Below are positions 1 through 9,411 of a DNA stretch of 32,000 nt, one piece after another (position 1 is the stretch's first letter; every line of letters begins with the position of its first letter). The notes beneath the pieces were generated by a model that worked only from the letters and a program-made list of their open reading frames with translations, was not told where the DNA came from and searched no databases. This DNA is from Candidatus Saccharimonas aalborgensis (GTDB lineage Bacteria > Patescibacteriota > Saccharimonadia > Saccharimonadales > Saccharimonadaceae). Position numbers and translations under genes: made by a program. The stretch is from contig NC_021219.1 of assembly GCF_000392435.1 (NCBI RefSeq), forward strand, positions 330,001 to 362,000, read 5' to 3'.

Positions 1-153
1 ATTGAAAAAATATTTACTGTCAAACCAACGCAAGTCGAAATTGAAGCACCCTCAACCGACGCAAAGTTAACGCTCTATACCTGTGAGCTCGATGGTTCAG
101 ATGCGGGCAGGGTCGTGGTAGTCGCCAAGCCTCTCGGCAAAGTCGCTCTCTAG
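1..153 (+). CDS. Sortase-family transpeptidase, C-terminal fragment (5' end lies outside the window)
   Basis: Frame +1 is open from the window edge: IEKIFTVKPTQVEIEAPSTDAKLTLYTCELDGSDAGRVVVVAKPLGKVAL*, stop TAG at 151-153. LTLYTC matches the sortase TLxTC catalytic-Cys signature, and a conserved-position Arg (GRVVV) follows. It is absent from the ORF track because no start codon lies in the window. Confidence 0.6.
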   Translation: MEKIFTVKPTQVEIEAPSTDAKLTLYTCELDGSDAGRVVVVAKPLGKVAL

Positions 154-639
154 CTATTCTCTCGCGCCGGCACCAAACACCTGCTCCCTATAACCACGCT
201 CACCGCGAGCCCAGGCGAGAGTGGTTTGTGAATAATGACGGTTACCTGCAACTATCATATCTGCCATCACTACATCAAACATCTCAATCTCTCGTTTATC
301 TATCTTGGCACCTTCTAGTACTTCAGCTGCTACAGTTGCCTGAAACACAAACTGATAGGTGTGGGCATACTCACTTACTCGATCAACAACCATGACAAAC
401 TCAAGCTCATCTTCGCTCAGTTGTATGTTTACTTCCTCAAGGCATTCACGAACTGCTGCAGCCCGCGGAGTCTCCCGTGTATCAATAATTCCGCCAGGAA
501 ATGACCAATAGTCCTTGTAAGTTGCTTTCAAAACCAGCACTTTACCATCTACGGTGCGAAGGGCGACTGTCGCGCTCGAAACACGATGCTCCAGTGAGGT
601 AAACCACTGTCTGGTTTCTTCGTCTGAGTAGGAATGCAT
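154..639 (-). CDS. NUDIX hydrolase
   Basis: Nudix box GGIIDTRETPRAAAVRECLEEVNI fits GX5EX7REUXEEXGU. The ORF-track start at 672 is GTG and overlaps rny by 32 nt. ATG at 637-639 (MHSYSDEE...) lies 1 nt past the rny stop and is used here. The start remains uncertain. Confidence 0.8.
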   Translation of the reverse strand: MHSYSDEETRQWFTSLEHRVSSATVALRTVDGKVLVLKATYKDYWSFPGGIIDTRETPRAAAVRECLEEVNIQLSEDELEFVMVVDRVSEYAHTYQFVFQATVAAEVLEGAKIDKREIEMFDVVMADMIVAGNRHYSQTTLAWARGERGYREQVFGAGARE

Positions 640-640
640 A

Positions 641-2131
641 TTACTTTGCAAACTCGATAGCGCGTGTCTCACGAATAACGTTTACCTTAATCGTGCCCGG
701 ATATTGCATAGTGCTTTCGATTTTTGTCGCAATGTCACGTGCCAATTTGATTGCGCTTAGGTCGTCAATACTTTCTGGCCTGACGATGACACGAACTTCC
801 CGTCCTGCGCTAATTGCATACGCTTTATCAATCCCCTTAAATCCAGTGGCAATATTCTCAAGATCACGCATGCGCTCAGCAAAGTTTTCAGCACTGATAT
901 TTCGCGCACCTGGCCGCGCCGCGCTGATTGCGTCGCAAACACGCACCACAAGTGCTTCAGCAGTTGTGGCTTCGATATCGTCGTGATGGGCTTCGATGGC
1001 GTGAACAATCTCATCACTCATACCTGCCTTACGAGCTAACTCGGCGCCAATGTGATGGTGCTTGCCTTCAACCTTATGCGTCACAGCCTTGCCGATATCG
1101 TGAAGTAGTGTAGCAATCTTAGTTACGCGTACATTTGCGCCGATTTCGTCTGCAATTAAGCCAGCCATATGCGCCATTTCAGTGCTGTGCATTAGAACGT
1201 TTTGGCCATAGCTGGTACGGAACTTCAGTTCACCGAGAAGCTTGAGAAGATCTTTTGGTATTCCGGCAACACCTACTTCACGAGCAGCATCCTCGCCGGC
1301 ACGAATAACTTCTTTTTCAATCTGTTTTTCGGCTTTTTCAAAGACTTCCTCGATGCGACCCGGATGGATACGACCATCTTTCATCAGCATTTCAAGGCCC
1401 ATACGAGCAACTTGGCGACGAATCGGATCAAAGCTGGATAAGATTACCATGCCAGGCGTGTCATCGACCAAAAAGTCAACTCCAGTGGCGCGTTGCATAG
1501 CCTGAATATTCCGGCCTTCCTTGCCGATGATGCGCCCTTTCATCTCGTCATCAGTCAATTTCACGGCGGTGACAGTTCGCTCAGCAGTCACTTCACTCGC
1601 CATTCGTTCCATGGCAGAAAGTATCACTAGTTGAGCCTTTTCCTCGGCATCATCGGTGGCTTCCTTTTGTAGCTTTGCAACAAGTCCAAGCAAATCATCC
1701 TTTATATCTCGCTCCGTCATCTGGAGCAGCTTCTCCGCTGCATCTTTCTTTTTGAGCCCAGCGATCTTTTCAAGCTTCTCTTGCTGTTTTGTACGAATCT
1801 CACGAATCTCGGTCTTAAGAGATTCGACTTCATCCTCTTGTTTGCGTAATCTCTCGCTACGCTTGTCTAGCTCATCAAGTTTGTTGTCAAGTGAGCTCTC
1901 CCTATCAGCCAACCGCGACTCTACCTTCTGTATTTCACGTCGCCGTTCTTGCTCAATTTTAAGCGCCTCGTCTTTTGCCTGCAGAACAATCTCGCTGGCC
2001 TTGCGTTCGGCACGAGCAATCTCCTTCTCTGCTTTGTGTTTACTACTGGTTGCTTGGGATTTATCGTACACAAACTTACCGCCCACACCAGCAAGTACGC
2101 CTACGGCAGCCATGATGATTTCTATCACCAT
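641..2131 (-). CDS. rny: Ribonuclease Y
   Basis: N-terminal TM helix (MVIEIIMAAVGVLAGVGG), a long Glu/Lys/Arg coiled coil, a KH domain (IIGKEGRNIQAMQRATGVDFLVDD) and an HD domain (LLHDIGK ... EAHHDD). This is the canonical RNase Y architecture and length (496 aa). Confidence 0.93.
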   Translation of the reverse strand: MVIEIIMAAVGVLAGVGGKFVYDKSQATSSKHKAEKEIARAERKASEIVLQAKDEALKIEQERRREIQKVESRLADRESSLDNKLDELDKRSERLRKQEDEVESLKTEIREIRTKQQEKLEKIAGLKKKDAAEKLLQMTERDIKDDLLGLVAKLQKEATDDAEEKAQLVILSAMERMASEVTAERTVTAVKLTDDEMKGRIIGKEGRNIQAMQRATGVDFLVDDTPGMVILSSFDPIRRQVARMGLEMLMKDGRIHPGRIEEVFEKAEKQIEKEVIRAGEDAAREVGVAGIPKDLLKLLGELKFRTSYGQNVLMHSTEMAHMAGLIADEIGANVRVTKIATLLHDIGKAVTHKVEGKHHHIGAELARKAGMSDEIVHAIEAHHDDIEATTAEALVVRVCDAISAARPGARNISAENFAERMRDLENIATGFKGIDKAYAISAGREVRVIVRPESIDDLSAIKLARDIATKIESTMQYPGTIKVNVIRETRAIEFAK

Positions 2132-2303
2132 AATAGGTCCTTTCTTTCAGGCTAGCTTAGTACGGGTATCAATGTATAAAAACGTCAATGTCGAATCAAA
2201 CTAGTCTGTAAATTCAAACGTTAAAAAATAATCAGTGAGCTATGGTAAAAACCTAGCTATTCTTTATTGTACCGCCTTGACTCCTGCTTCGGCAAGAATG
2301 AGT

Positions 2304-2693
2304 TTACTTTCGCGGTGAAGTGACGCGCGCTTCGCTGCCGTACTCTGGCAGAACGATACCATCATTTTCACCACTCGCCAATCTCTTTCGACAGGTAGCC
2401 TGCCAGGCATCGCCAGTCGCCCCCACAATGGGGATGTTCTTGCTATGCGCCAGTGTGTTGAGCACCGTCAAACCAATGCGTAGCCCAGTAAAACTACCTG
2501 GACCCCTATAGACGCCAATGCCTGTGATATCATCCCAGTCCTTTGAGTGTGTCCTGAGAGTTGACTGAAGGTAGCCAAGCATTTGCTTTGCTAATTCGTG
2601 TCCTGCATCCCAATAAGTGTCTGAGACAATCGTCTCACCCTCAAGCAGCAGAAGTTGACAGGTAAACCCAGCACTATTCCACAGCACTATCAT
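2304..2693 (-). CDS. tsaB: tRNA t6A biosynthesis protein TsaB (YeaZ)-like, short form (129 aa)
   Basis: GPGSFTGLRIGLTVLNTLA is the characteristic TsaB/YeaZ N-terminal ASKHA motif. It lies directly downstream of tsaE with a 4-nt overlap (2690-2693). Only about half the usual TsaB length. Confidence 0.7.
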   Translation of the reverse strand: MIVLWNSAGFTCQLLLLEGETIVSDTYWDAGHELAKQMLGYLQSTLRTHSKDWDDITGIGVYRGPGSFTGLRIGLTVLNTLAHSKNIPIVGATGDAWQATCRKRLASGENDGIVLPEYGSEARVTSPRK

Positions 2694-3145
2694 GTCAATC
2701 TCTCGATGATATTCTCGCTATGTGGTCCGCTTGCTTTGATAATTACCTCACGCTCCTCACCCATGAGCGTATTAAGTGTTATTTGCAATCTATCAGAGGG
2801 AAGTACGTCACTAATAATTTCAGACCACTCAATGATCGTAATTGTTTGGGGGTCGTTAATTGAGTCTTGAAGCTCGCTTCTCATTACACCAGCATCACTG
2901 AGTCGATAAAAATCATAATGCGCAAGTAATCTGCCGGATTCCGTCACATACACTCGACTAATGGTATAAGAGGGGCTTTGAACCTCTTCCTCAATCCCAA
3001 GTGCATGCGCAAATCCTTTTGCGAAGGTAGTTTTACCAGCTCCAATGTCGCCTATCAACTCAATTACTTCACCACCACTGCAAAGCGCACCGATACGTGC
3101 TCCTAATTTTTCCATAGCCTCCGATGTGGGGATCTCGAGTTCCAT
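2690..3145 (-). CDS. tsaE: tRNA t6A biosynthesis ATPase TsaE (YjeE)
   Basis: Walker A GDIGAGKTTFAKG, then SPSYTI and HYDFYRL motifs typical of TsaE. ATG at 3143-3145 (MELEIPTSEAMEKLG) is preferred over the GTG at 3172 in the ORF track. Confidence 0.85.
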   Translation of the reverse strand: MELEIPTSEAMEKLGARIGALCSGGEVIELIGDIGAGKTTFAKGFAHALGIEEEVQSPSYTISRVYVTESGRLLAHYDFYRLSDAGVMRSELQDSINDPQTITIIEWSEIISDVLPSDRLQITLNTLMGEEREVIIKASGPHSENIIERLT

Positions 3146-3213
3146 ATGTCGCTCAGTATACCATATTGACACTAGCGCATGGTGTCATTATCAGATACAA
3201 TAACATAAGCGAT

Positions 3214-4995
3214 ATGCGTATTTCTGATGATACATTAGATAAGATATTGAGCGGCGATACGAAGGTAAGTGCCGAGCAACTTGCGCCCCTTAAAGAAGAG
3301 GCGATCCGTTCCGCGCGACCCCTTCAAGAGCTTGTGCTTGAGGCAAAGCTCGTCGATGAGCCAACTCTTACGCAATTATTCGCCGAGTATGCAGATATTC
3401 CGTACGTCGTTATCGATCCAAAAGAAATTAGTTCTGAGATACTGGCAAAGATACCTGAACGTATCGCTAGACAATACAATGCTGTCATATTCAAGATTGA
3501 TCCCGATGGTCTCGTGCATCTGGCCATGGACGACCCCGATGACGTCCAAGCAATTAGCTTTATTCAAAAAGAGATCGGCGAAAACGTAAAGATATACGTC
3601 GCGTCTCACGATAATATCCTTCAGTGCCTCGAGAACTACCGCGGTGATGTCAATGAAGAATTGAACGAGGTTATCGATGTGCAGCGTGAAGATGATGGCT
3701 CAAGCCAGCAGGTCACTGAAGCTGAGGTGGCCGAGGATTCTCCTATCGCCCAGACGGTCAACCTCCTTCTCGAGTACGCTATCCGCTCGCAAGCATCCGA
3801 CATTCATATCGAACCACGCGAGGAGTATGTCCAGATCCGCTACCGTATCGACGGAGTTCTCAAAGAAGTTAACCGTTTGCCGCGAAATGTTCTAGGTGCC
3901 CTCGTGAGCCGAATTAAGATTCTGTCAAACCTAAAAATCGATGAGCGACGCGTCCCCCAGGATGGCCGTTTCAAGATCAAGATCGCAGGTAAGCAATACG
4001 CCCTGCGTGTCAGCACCCTCCCTATCGCTGATGGCGAGAAGGTAGTGATGCGTATTCTCGACGAATCAAACCAAGCCGTGACATTGAAAGACCTTGGCTA
4101 CTGGGGTCATTCCCTTGATGTCATCAACGAGGCGCTGACTGAACCAAATGGTATGGTACTCGTCACTGGTCCAACGGGAAGTGGTAAATCAACCAGTCTT
4201 TTTAGTATCCTCACCTACCTCAATAAACCTGATGTAAACATTTCGACTATTGAAGACCCGGTAGAATACAAGATCCCAGGAGTCAACCAGACTCAAACCA
4301 ATCCAAAAGCCGGTATGACCTTTGCAAATGGACTACGTGCACTACTTCGCCAAGACCCCAATGTAATTATGGTGGGAGAGATTCGAGATGGCGAAACAGC
4401 CAATCTTGCGGTACAGGCGGCATTGACTGGTCACCTTGTATTTAGCACCCTTCATACCAACAATGCAGCCACCTGCTTGCCCCGTTTACTCGATATGGAG
4501 ATCGAACCCTTTCTGATTGCCAGTACAGTTAAGGCAGTCGTGGGGCAACGTCTTGTACGCAAACTTTGTCTCTTTTGCCGACAACAGTACGTTCCAGAGA
4601 AACAAGAGGTTTCCCAATTTGTCGAACTATTTAACCTGCGGGATGATCAATCATTTTCACATATCAATGAGTTGGAGGAGCAAGCAATTGCTCAGGAGCT
4701 TGGTGGTGATACTCCAGCCGGAACTGCCAAGACAACTATCACAGCGCTCTGGCGCGCCAATCCAAAGGGATGCGATGAGTGTGACCACACTGGTTATAAA
4801 GGCCGTATCGGTATCTATGAGGTACTTGGCAACACTATCCCGATTCAAAAAATGATCGTCAACAACGCCACAAGTGCGCAGATTCAGGATCAGGCCATAC
4901 TTGAAGGGATGACCACGATGCAGACCGATGGTCTCATCAAGGCGATCAGGGGCTGCACCACACTTCAAGAAGTACTGAGAGTGACGAAGGAATAA
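3214..4995 (+). CDS. pilB: Type IV pilus assembly ATPase PilB (GspE family)
   Basis: Walker A GPTGSGKST, Walker B IMVGEIRD, His box GHLVFSTLHTN, tetra-Cys motif CLFC...CDEC, and a T2SSE_N-like N-domain. ATG 3214 (MRISDDTLDKIL) is preferred because the 3124 start would overlap tsaE on the opposite strand. Confidence 0.92.
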   Translation: MRISDDTLDKILSGDTKVSAEQLAPLKEEAIRSARPLQELVLEAKLVDEPTLTQLFAEYADIPYVVIDPKEISSEILAKIPERIARQYNAVIFKIDPDGLVHLAMDDPDDVQAISFIQKEIGENVKIYVASHDNILQCLENYRGDVNEELNEVIDVQREDDGSSQQVTEAEVAEDSPIAQTVNLLLEYAIRSQASDIHIEPREEYVQIRYRIDGVLKEVNRLPRNVLGALVSRIKILSNLKIDERRVPQDGRFKIKIAGKQYALRVSTLPIADGEKVVMRILDESNQAVTLKDLGYWGHSLDVINEALTEPNGMVLVTGPTGSGKSTSLFSILTYLNKPDVNISTIEDPVEYKIPGVNQTQTNPKAGMTFANGLRALLRQDPNVIMVGEIRDGETANLAVQAALTGHLVFSTLHTNNAATCLPRLLDMEIEPFLIASTVKAVVGQRLVRKLCLFCRQQYVPEKQEVSQFVELFNLRDDQSFSHINELEEQAIAQELGGDTPAGTAKTTITALWRANPKGCDECDHTGYKGRIGIYEVLGNTIPIQKMIVNNATSAQIQDQAILEGMTTMQTDGLIKAIRGCTTLQEVLRVTKE

Positions 4996-4997
4996 TC

Positions 4998-6227
4998 ATG
5001 TCACGCTATCAGTATGTTGCCGTTAATCAACAGGGGGAAACTTCCTCGGGGTCGTTTGAGGCAGCTGATCGCTCAGCCGCCCTGGCAATTTTAGCAAAGC
5101 AGCAACTTCACCCCATTAGTCTCAAGCAATCTGATACCAAGGAAGCATCATTTGGGTTTGGTAATTTCTTTGGTAAAAACAAGGTCAAGAGTGATGATCT
5201 GGTAATTTTTACTCGTCAGTTAAGCGCCATGGTAAGCGCAGGTGTACCACTGCTTCGCGCCATCGCGTCGCTCAATCAACATACGGCAAGTAAACCACTG
5301 AGAAAAGTCACGGGTGGCATTATAAAAGATGTCGAAGGTGGCGCGCAGCTTGCCGATGCCCTGGCAAAATATCCAAACACTTTTAGTGATGTCTACGTCA
5401 ATATGGTCAGAGCAGGGGAGTCGGCGGGTATTCTCGACGATATTCTCAAGCGACTTGCGATGCAACAAGAAAAAAATGCCTCTATTCGAAAGAAGATCAA
5501 GAGTGCTATGACCTACCCTATGGTTCTGGTGTTTATCACGATAGGGGCCTTCTTTGGCTTAATGCTTTTTGTTATTCCACAGATCGGTAAAATTCTCAAA
5601 GACCTAGGAGGTCCGGATGCTAAGCTACCCGAGCTTACCCAGTTAATGCTCGGCATTAGTGACTTTATCATAAACTATTGGTATATCGTGTTCCCTGCCC
5701 TTATCGGTGGCATCATATTTTTGATCAGATTTATCAAGACGCCAAAGGGTCGGACCATGTTCCACCGTTTTATCCTCAAGGTTCCACTAGTAAATCCAAT
5801 TATTCGCAAAGTCGCTATCGCCCGCTTCACCCGAACCTTCTCTGCTCTCATGGGGGCTGGAGTAGCGGTACTAGAAGCAATTACCGTTACCTCGCATGCT
5901 GTTGGCAATGTCGTTTACGAAAAAGCCTTGCTTGACGCTGCAGAGGAGGTAAAAAATGGCAGGCAACTTTCGGCTGTTATAGAAAAAAACGAGCTATTCC
6001 CTCCGATTGTTGCTCAGATGCTCTCTGTCGGTGAGGAAACTGGACAAACCGACACTGTCCTCGTGAAAGTTGCGGACTTTTACGAAGAAGAGGTCGATGT
6101 TGCGATTGATGGTATCAGCGCCATTATTGAGCCGGTGATGATTGTTGTTATGGGTTCTATGGTAGGGCTAATTGCTGCAAGCGTTATGGGCCCCATCGCA
6201 AGTCTTTCTCAAAATATCAAGGGTTAA
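4998..6227 (+). CDS. pilC: Type IV pilus platform protein PilC (GspF family)
   Basis: 409 aa with a duplicated T2SSF-type domain and hydrophobic TM segments (for example YPMVLVFITIGAFFGLMLFVIP and PVMIVVMGSMVGLIAASVMGP). It starts 2 nt after the pilB stop. Confidence 0.9.
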   Translation: MSRYQYVAVNQQGETSSGSFEAADRSAALAILAKQQLHPISLKQSDTKEASFGFGNFFGKNKVKSDDLVIFTRQLSAMVSAGVPLLRAIASLNQHTASKPLRKVTGGIIKDVEGGAQLADALAKYPNTFSDVYVNMVRAGESAGILDDILKRLAMQQEKNASIRKKIKSAMTYPMVLVFITIGAFFGLMLFVIPQIGKILKDLGGPDAKLPELTQLMLGISDFIINYWYIVFPALIGGIIFLIRFIKTPKGRTMFHRFILKVPLVNPIIRKVAIARFTRTFSALMGAGVAVLEAITVTSHAVGNVVYEKALLDAAEEVKNGRQLSAVIEKNELFPPIVAQMLSVGEETGQTDTVLVKVADFYEEEVDVAIDGISAIIEPVMIVVMGSMVGLIAASVMGPIASLSQNIKG

Positions 6228-6241
6228 TTAGATACCGCTCA

Positions 6242-6250
6242 TGCTATACT
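6242..6250 (+). promoter_or_regulatory. Possible internal extended -10 promoter (TGCTATACT) upstream of pilM
   Basis: TGCTATACT lies in the 54-nt pilC-pilM gap. No convincing -35. Confidence 0.3.
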
Positions 6251-6281
6251 GGTAGGAGAGTTACCAAAGTAGTGGGCTACG

Positions 6282-7340
6282 ATGACAAAATTACTGCATA
6301 AAGATAAGCCAATCATTGGTCTTGACATTAGTCAGACTGGTATAAAAGTGATGTCGATTGATCCCAAAAAGTGGCTTGTGTTGGGGTACGGATCACTCGA
6401 CCTTGATCCAGCGCGTGTACAGACTTCTTTCGAAAATCCCGATGATACCTATTTATCCGAAAACATTACAAATCTTCTGAAAGAAAATATCATTGGCCAG
6501 CTGGAGTCAAATCACGCCGTAGTTGGCCTGCCGACCGGGAGAACATATTCACGTACCTTTACTCTTCCTGCTAATCAAGAAAAAGCCCTTGCCAGCGCTG
6601 TTGAAGTTGAAGTCGAGCAGTACATTTCAATTCCTATTGGCTCACTCTATGTTGACTATGAGGTAATCGAACGCACAAAGGATATTATTACTGTCGTGAT
6701 GGCCGCTGTTCCTCGCACCCTTGTCGATAGCTGCCTCCGTGCCGCACAACAAGCCGGTCTTGAGCCACTCCTGGTCGAACCAAGCATCAATGCTGTTGCA
6801 CGCGTTATTGAGGCGACCGAAGAAGGTCATCTATCCACCTTGATCGTCGATATTGGCCCCGCGAGTACTGATATCGCGGTCTTGGACGGTGGCGCCATCC
6901 GTGTTACTGGCGGTATCGGTATCGGTGGAAATACCTTTACTCTCGATATCGCAAAGAAACTTGATGTTGCTCTCGAGAATGCACATCAACTCAAGGTCCT
7001 CAATGGATTGAATGCGGGACCCCGGCAAGCAAAAATAACTGCTGCTCTTAAACCAAATCTCAACCGCATTGCGATCGAAATTCGCCGTGTTGTCCGTTAT
7101 TACAACGAACGTATCAACGACAATCGAAAAATCGAACAGGTTTTAATTGTGGGCGGCGGGAGCAACGTACCGGGAATCGGCGAGTATTTCACTAACGAGC
7201 TCGTCATGCCCGCTCGCGTTGCTAGTCCCTGGCAGAAACTTGACTTTGCTAGCCTCCAGCAACCAAACAAGCAGTTCAGGCCACGTTATATATCGGTGGC
7301 AGGTCTTGCCAGTGTAAACAAGGAAAGTATTTGGCGATGA
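6282..7340 (+). CDS. pilM: Type IV pilus assembly protein PilM (actin-like ATPase fold)
   Basis: IGLDISQTGIKVMSI near the N-terminus and IVGGGSNVPGI near the C-terminus are FtsA/PilM-type phosphate motifs. The stop overlaps the next start (ATGA). Confidence 0.85.
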   Translation: MTKLLHKDKPIIGLDISQTGIKVMSIDPKKWLVLGYGSLDLDPARVQTSFENPDDTYLSENITNLLKENIIGQLESNHAVVGLPTGRTYSRTFTLPANQEKALASAVEVEVEQYISIPIGSLYVDYEVIERTKDIITVVMAAVPRTLVDSCLRAAQQAGLEPLLVEPSINAVARVIEATEEGHLSTLIVDIGPASTDIAVLDGGAIRVTGGIGIGGNTFTLDIAKKLDVALENAHQLKVLNGLNAGPRQAKITAALKPNLNRIAIEIRRVVRYYNERINDNRKIEQVLIVGGGSNVPGIGEYFTNELVMPARVASPWQKLDFASLQQPNKQFRPRYISVAGLASVNKESIWR

Positions 7341-7906
7341 TAAACCTTCTTCCTCCACTTTATCACCGTCAACTCATTGCTTCACGCGCCAATACCCTGC
7401 TCGCTCGATATGTTGTGCTATCACTGCTTCTCATCATCGTTATGATTGCCGAGATGACTGCAGTTTACCTGTTTTTATCAAGCTCGAAGGCACAGAGTGA
7501 GGCCGCTATCAGCGAAAATGATCAAAAAACAGCGAAATATAGCGAAGTGCAAAAACAAGCTGAACAATTTAGAACTGATCTTGTGACGGCAAAGACTATT
7601 CTTGACAAGCAGGTACCCTACACAAAGATTTTCCGCACGGTAGCTGATCTAATGCCAGACGGTGTTATCCTCAATCACCTAACCATCGATCCGTCAACCT
7701 TTGGCACACCCACGAACCTTGATATTCGGGCTCGTACCTACCAAGCAGCGATTGCCTTCCACACGACCCTCAACAATTCAAACGTACTATCAAATGTTAG
7801 TTTTCAGACGGTCTCATTTGATGCGCAAGATAAGACTGGGTACCCCTACTCTTCTACACTCAGTGTTACCTTCAAAAAAGAAGCGCTGACTGAAGGAGTC
7901 GAGTAG
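7337..7906 (+). CDS. pilN: Type IV pilus assembly protein PilN
   Basis: N-terminus MINLLPP (the INLLP motif of PilN), a single TM helix (VVLSLLLIIVMIAEMTAVYLFL), then a coiled coil and a small extracytoplasmic domain. ATG 7337 overlaps the pilM stop. Confidence 0.7.
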   Translation: MINLLPPLYHRQLIASRANTLLARYVVLSLLLIIVMIAEMTAVYLFLSSSKAQSEAAISENDQKTAKYSEVQKQAEQFRTDLVTAKTILDKQVPYTKIFRTVADLMPDGVILNHLTIDPSTFGTPTNLDIRARTYQAAIAFHTTLNNSNVLSNVSFQTVSFDAQDKTGYPYSSTLSVTFKKEALTEGVE

Positions 7907-8509
7907 ATGATTAAGCGTTTGTCAGCAACCCAATTACGTGCAACACTGATCGCCGTGCTTGTACTGCTGGCTGGTGCAGGTATTGGTATATTTATGTTTG
8001 GATATGGACTACTCGGCACGGTCGCACAAGAGAGTAGCGACGCAAATCAAAAAGTAAACGAGACCAGCAAAAATCTCGAGAACATCATACAAGTACAGCG
8101 CGACCTATCAACCAATAAGGTTGCAATACAGCGCGCTTCACTCATCGCCGCCGAGAGCCACAACTATAATTATCAAAACCAGATCATCCAAGATCTTAGT
8201 ACCTATGCTAGCAAGTCAGGCGTCATCATATCAGACTTCAACTTTATGAGCGGAAAAACGACGAGCGGTGGTACTATTCAGGGAAGTGCAGTAGGCTCAA
8301 GCGGGGGGTCACTTAAGTCGATCATGGTAGCAGTCACTATTAAGAGTCCAGTGGAGTACAACAAGCTACTTGACTTTATCTATCTTATCGAAAAAAGCCT
8401 CACAAAGATGCGTATATCGACCATTAGTCTTTCTCGCTCGACAGATGGAAACTCTCCTCCCGGAAGCGTGTCGTGTGATGTCTTTAATATTGAGGTGTAC
8501 GTACGCTGA
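7907..8509 (+). CDS. pilO: PilO-like bitopic pilus alignment protein
   Basis: 200 aa with one N-terminal TM helix (LIAVLVLLAGAGIGIFMFGYGLL), a coiled-coil segment and an alpha/beta C-domain. It follows pilN with a GAAGGAG Shine-Dalgarno. The call is by position and topology, not by a diagnostic motif. Confidence 0.5.
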   Translation: MIKRLSATQLRATLIAVLVLLAGAGIGIFMFGYGLLGTVAQESSDANQKVNETSKNLENIIQVQRDLSTNKVAIQRASLIAAESHNYNYQNQIIQDLSTYASKSGVIISDFNFMSGKTTSGGTIQGSAVGSSGGSLKSIMVAVTIKSPVEYNKLLDFIYLIEKSLTKMRISTISLSRSTDGNSPPGSVSCDVFNIEVYVR

Positions 8510-8802
8510 TGAAAAACTCTCTTTCTTTTACTGGACTCGCTAGTACGATTACTCGGCTTCTTCATCGTTTTCACGTCATACTTTTTGCACTTGTCTCGAT
8601 AGGTAGCTTAGCAGCGGCAACGCTTTTTCTCAACGAGCTCATCTCAAGGCCCACTACGAACTCCGATAATACAGCAGCGGGGAAATTTGACGATGCAACG
8701 ATCAAGCGCATTTTGCTCTACCGCACCGCCGAAGAACAGGTGTCACAGGCATCAATTCCACTTAACAAAGGAAAACGGAATCCTATTGTTGAAACACCAT
8801 GA
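8509..8802 (+). CDS. Small bitopic membrane protein, unknown function (pilus operon member)
   Basis: 97 aa with one TM helix (VILFALVSIGSLAAATLFL). The start overlaps the stop of the pilO-like gene (TGATG), which suggests translational coupling. Confidence 0.55.
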   Translation: MKNSLSFTGLASTITRLLHRFHVILFALVSIGSLAAATLFLNELISRPTTNSDNTAAGKFDDATIKRILLYRTAEEQVSQASIPLNKGKRNPIVETP

Positions 8803-8811
8803 TTACAAAGG

Positions 8812-9411
8812 ATGATAACTGAAATGATTCTTCTCGGCTCCACACTCCTCAACGCTCCCGTAATGAGTATCCAGACGGGTGGCGAACTGGCCCGTACATC
8901 AACTGCAATTATTGATCCAAGCAATCTTAGTGTCATAGCGTATGCGGTAACGGGGCCTCTTGTCCATCACTCAAATCAGCTGATCAGAGTTGCAGACGTA
9001 AGAGAGTTGAGCAGCATCGGGTTGATCATTGACTCCAGTGATGAGTTTGTGATTCCGGAAGACATCATTAAACTGCAAAGTATCTATGAACTTCACTTTG
9101 ATATTCTGGGGATGCCCGTCATCGATCAAAAGAAAAAGAAACTGGGCAAAGTAATCGACTATACGGTCGAAACCGGTGGGTTTGTTGTCCAGCAGCTGAC
9201 GGTTAAACGGCCACTCCTTCGTAGCCTCAATGATACAGAACTACTCATCCATCGTTCTCAGATTGTTGAGATTAACAATCATGAGATTGTTGTCCACTCG
9301 GAAGTGTCGGTTCCGGAGCCAAAACGACACGAAGTTTCCGGTAGTTATGTCAATCCGTTTCGTGGTAGTGCGAAACCAGCTCCAGAATCAGTCAACCAAT
9401 CCAATCGCTAA
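8812..9411 (+). CDS. Protein with two PRC-barrel-like domains (YlmC/YmxH-like), last gene of the pilus operon
   Basis: Two segments resemble the PRC-barrel pattern: LLGSTLLNAPVMSIQTGGELARTSTAIIDPSNLSVIAYAV and ILGMPVIDQKKKKLGKVIDYTVETGGFVVQQLTV. No TM helix or signal peptide. An alternative start exists at 8824. Confidence 0.55.
   Translation: MITEMILLGSTLLNAPVMSIQTGGELARTSTAIIDPSNLSVIAYAVTGPLVHHSNQLIRVADVRELSSIGLIIDSSDEFVIPEDIIKLQSIYELHFDILGMPVIDQKKKKLGKVIDYTVETGGFVVQQLTVKRPLLRSLNDTELLIHRSQIVEINNHEIVVHSEVSVPEPKRHEVSGSYVNPFRGSAKPAPESVNQSNR

Noticed and set aside
1656-2204. 182-aa Ser/Leu/Phe-rich plus-strand ORF, along with other antisense ORFs inside rny
   Set aside because: It is the mirror image of the Glu/Lys/Arg-rich coiled-coil codons of RNase Y (GAA/AAG read as TTC/CTT). 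It is low complexity, and the rny frame is unambiguous.
3166-3194. pilB promoter TTGACA-17-TATCAG
   Set aside because: The -35 is consensus, but the -10 candidate lacks the invariant final T. An alternative TACAAT (3196-3201) has no matching -35. This is too ambiguous to report as a feature.
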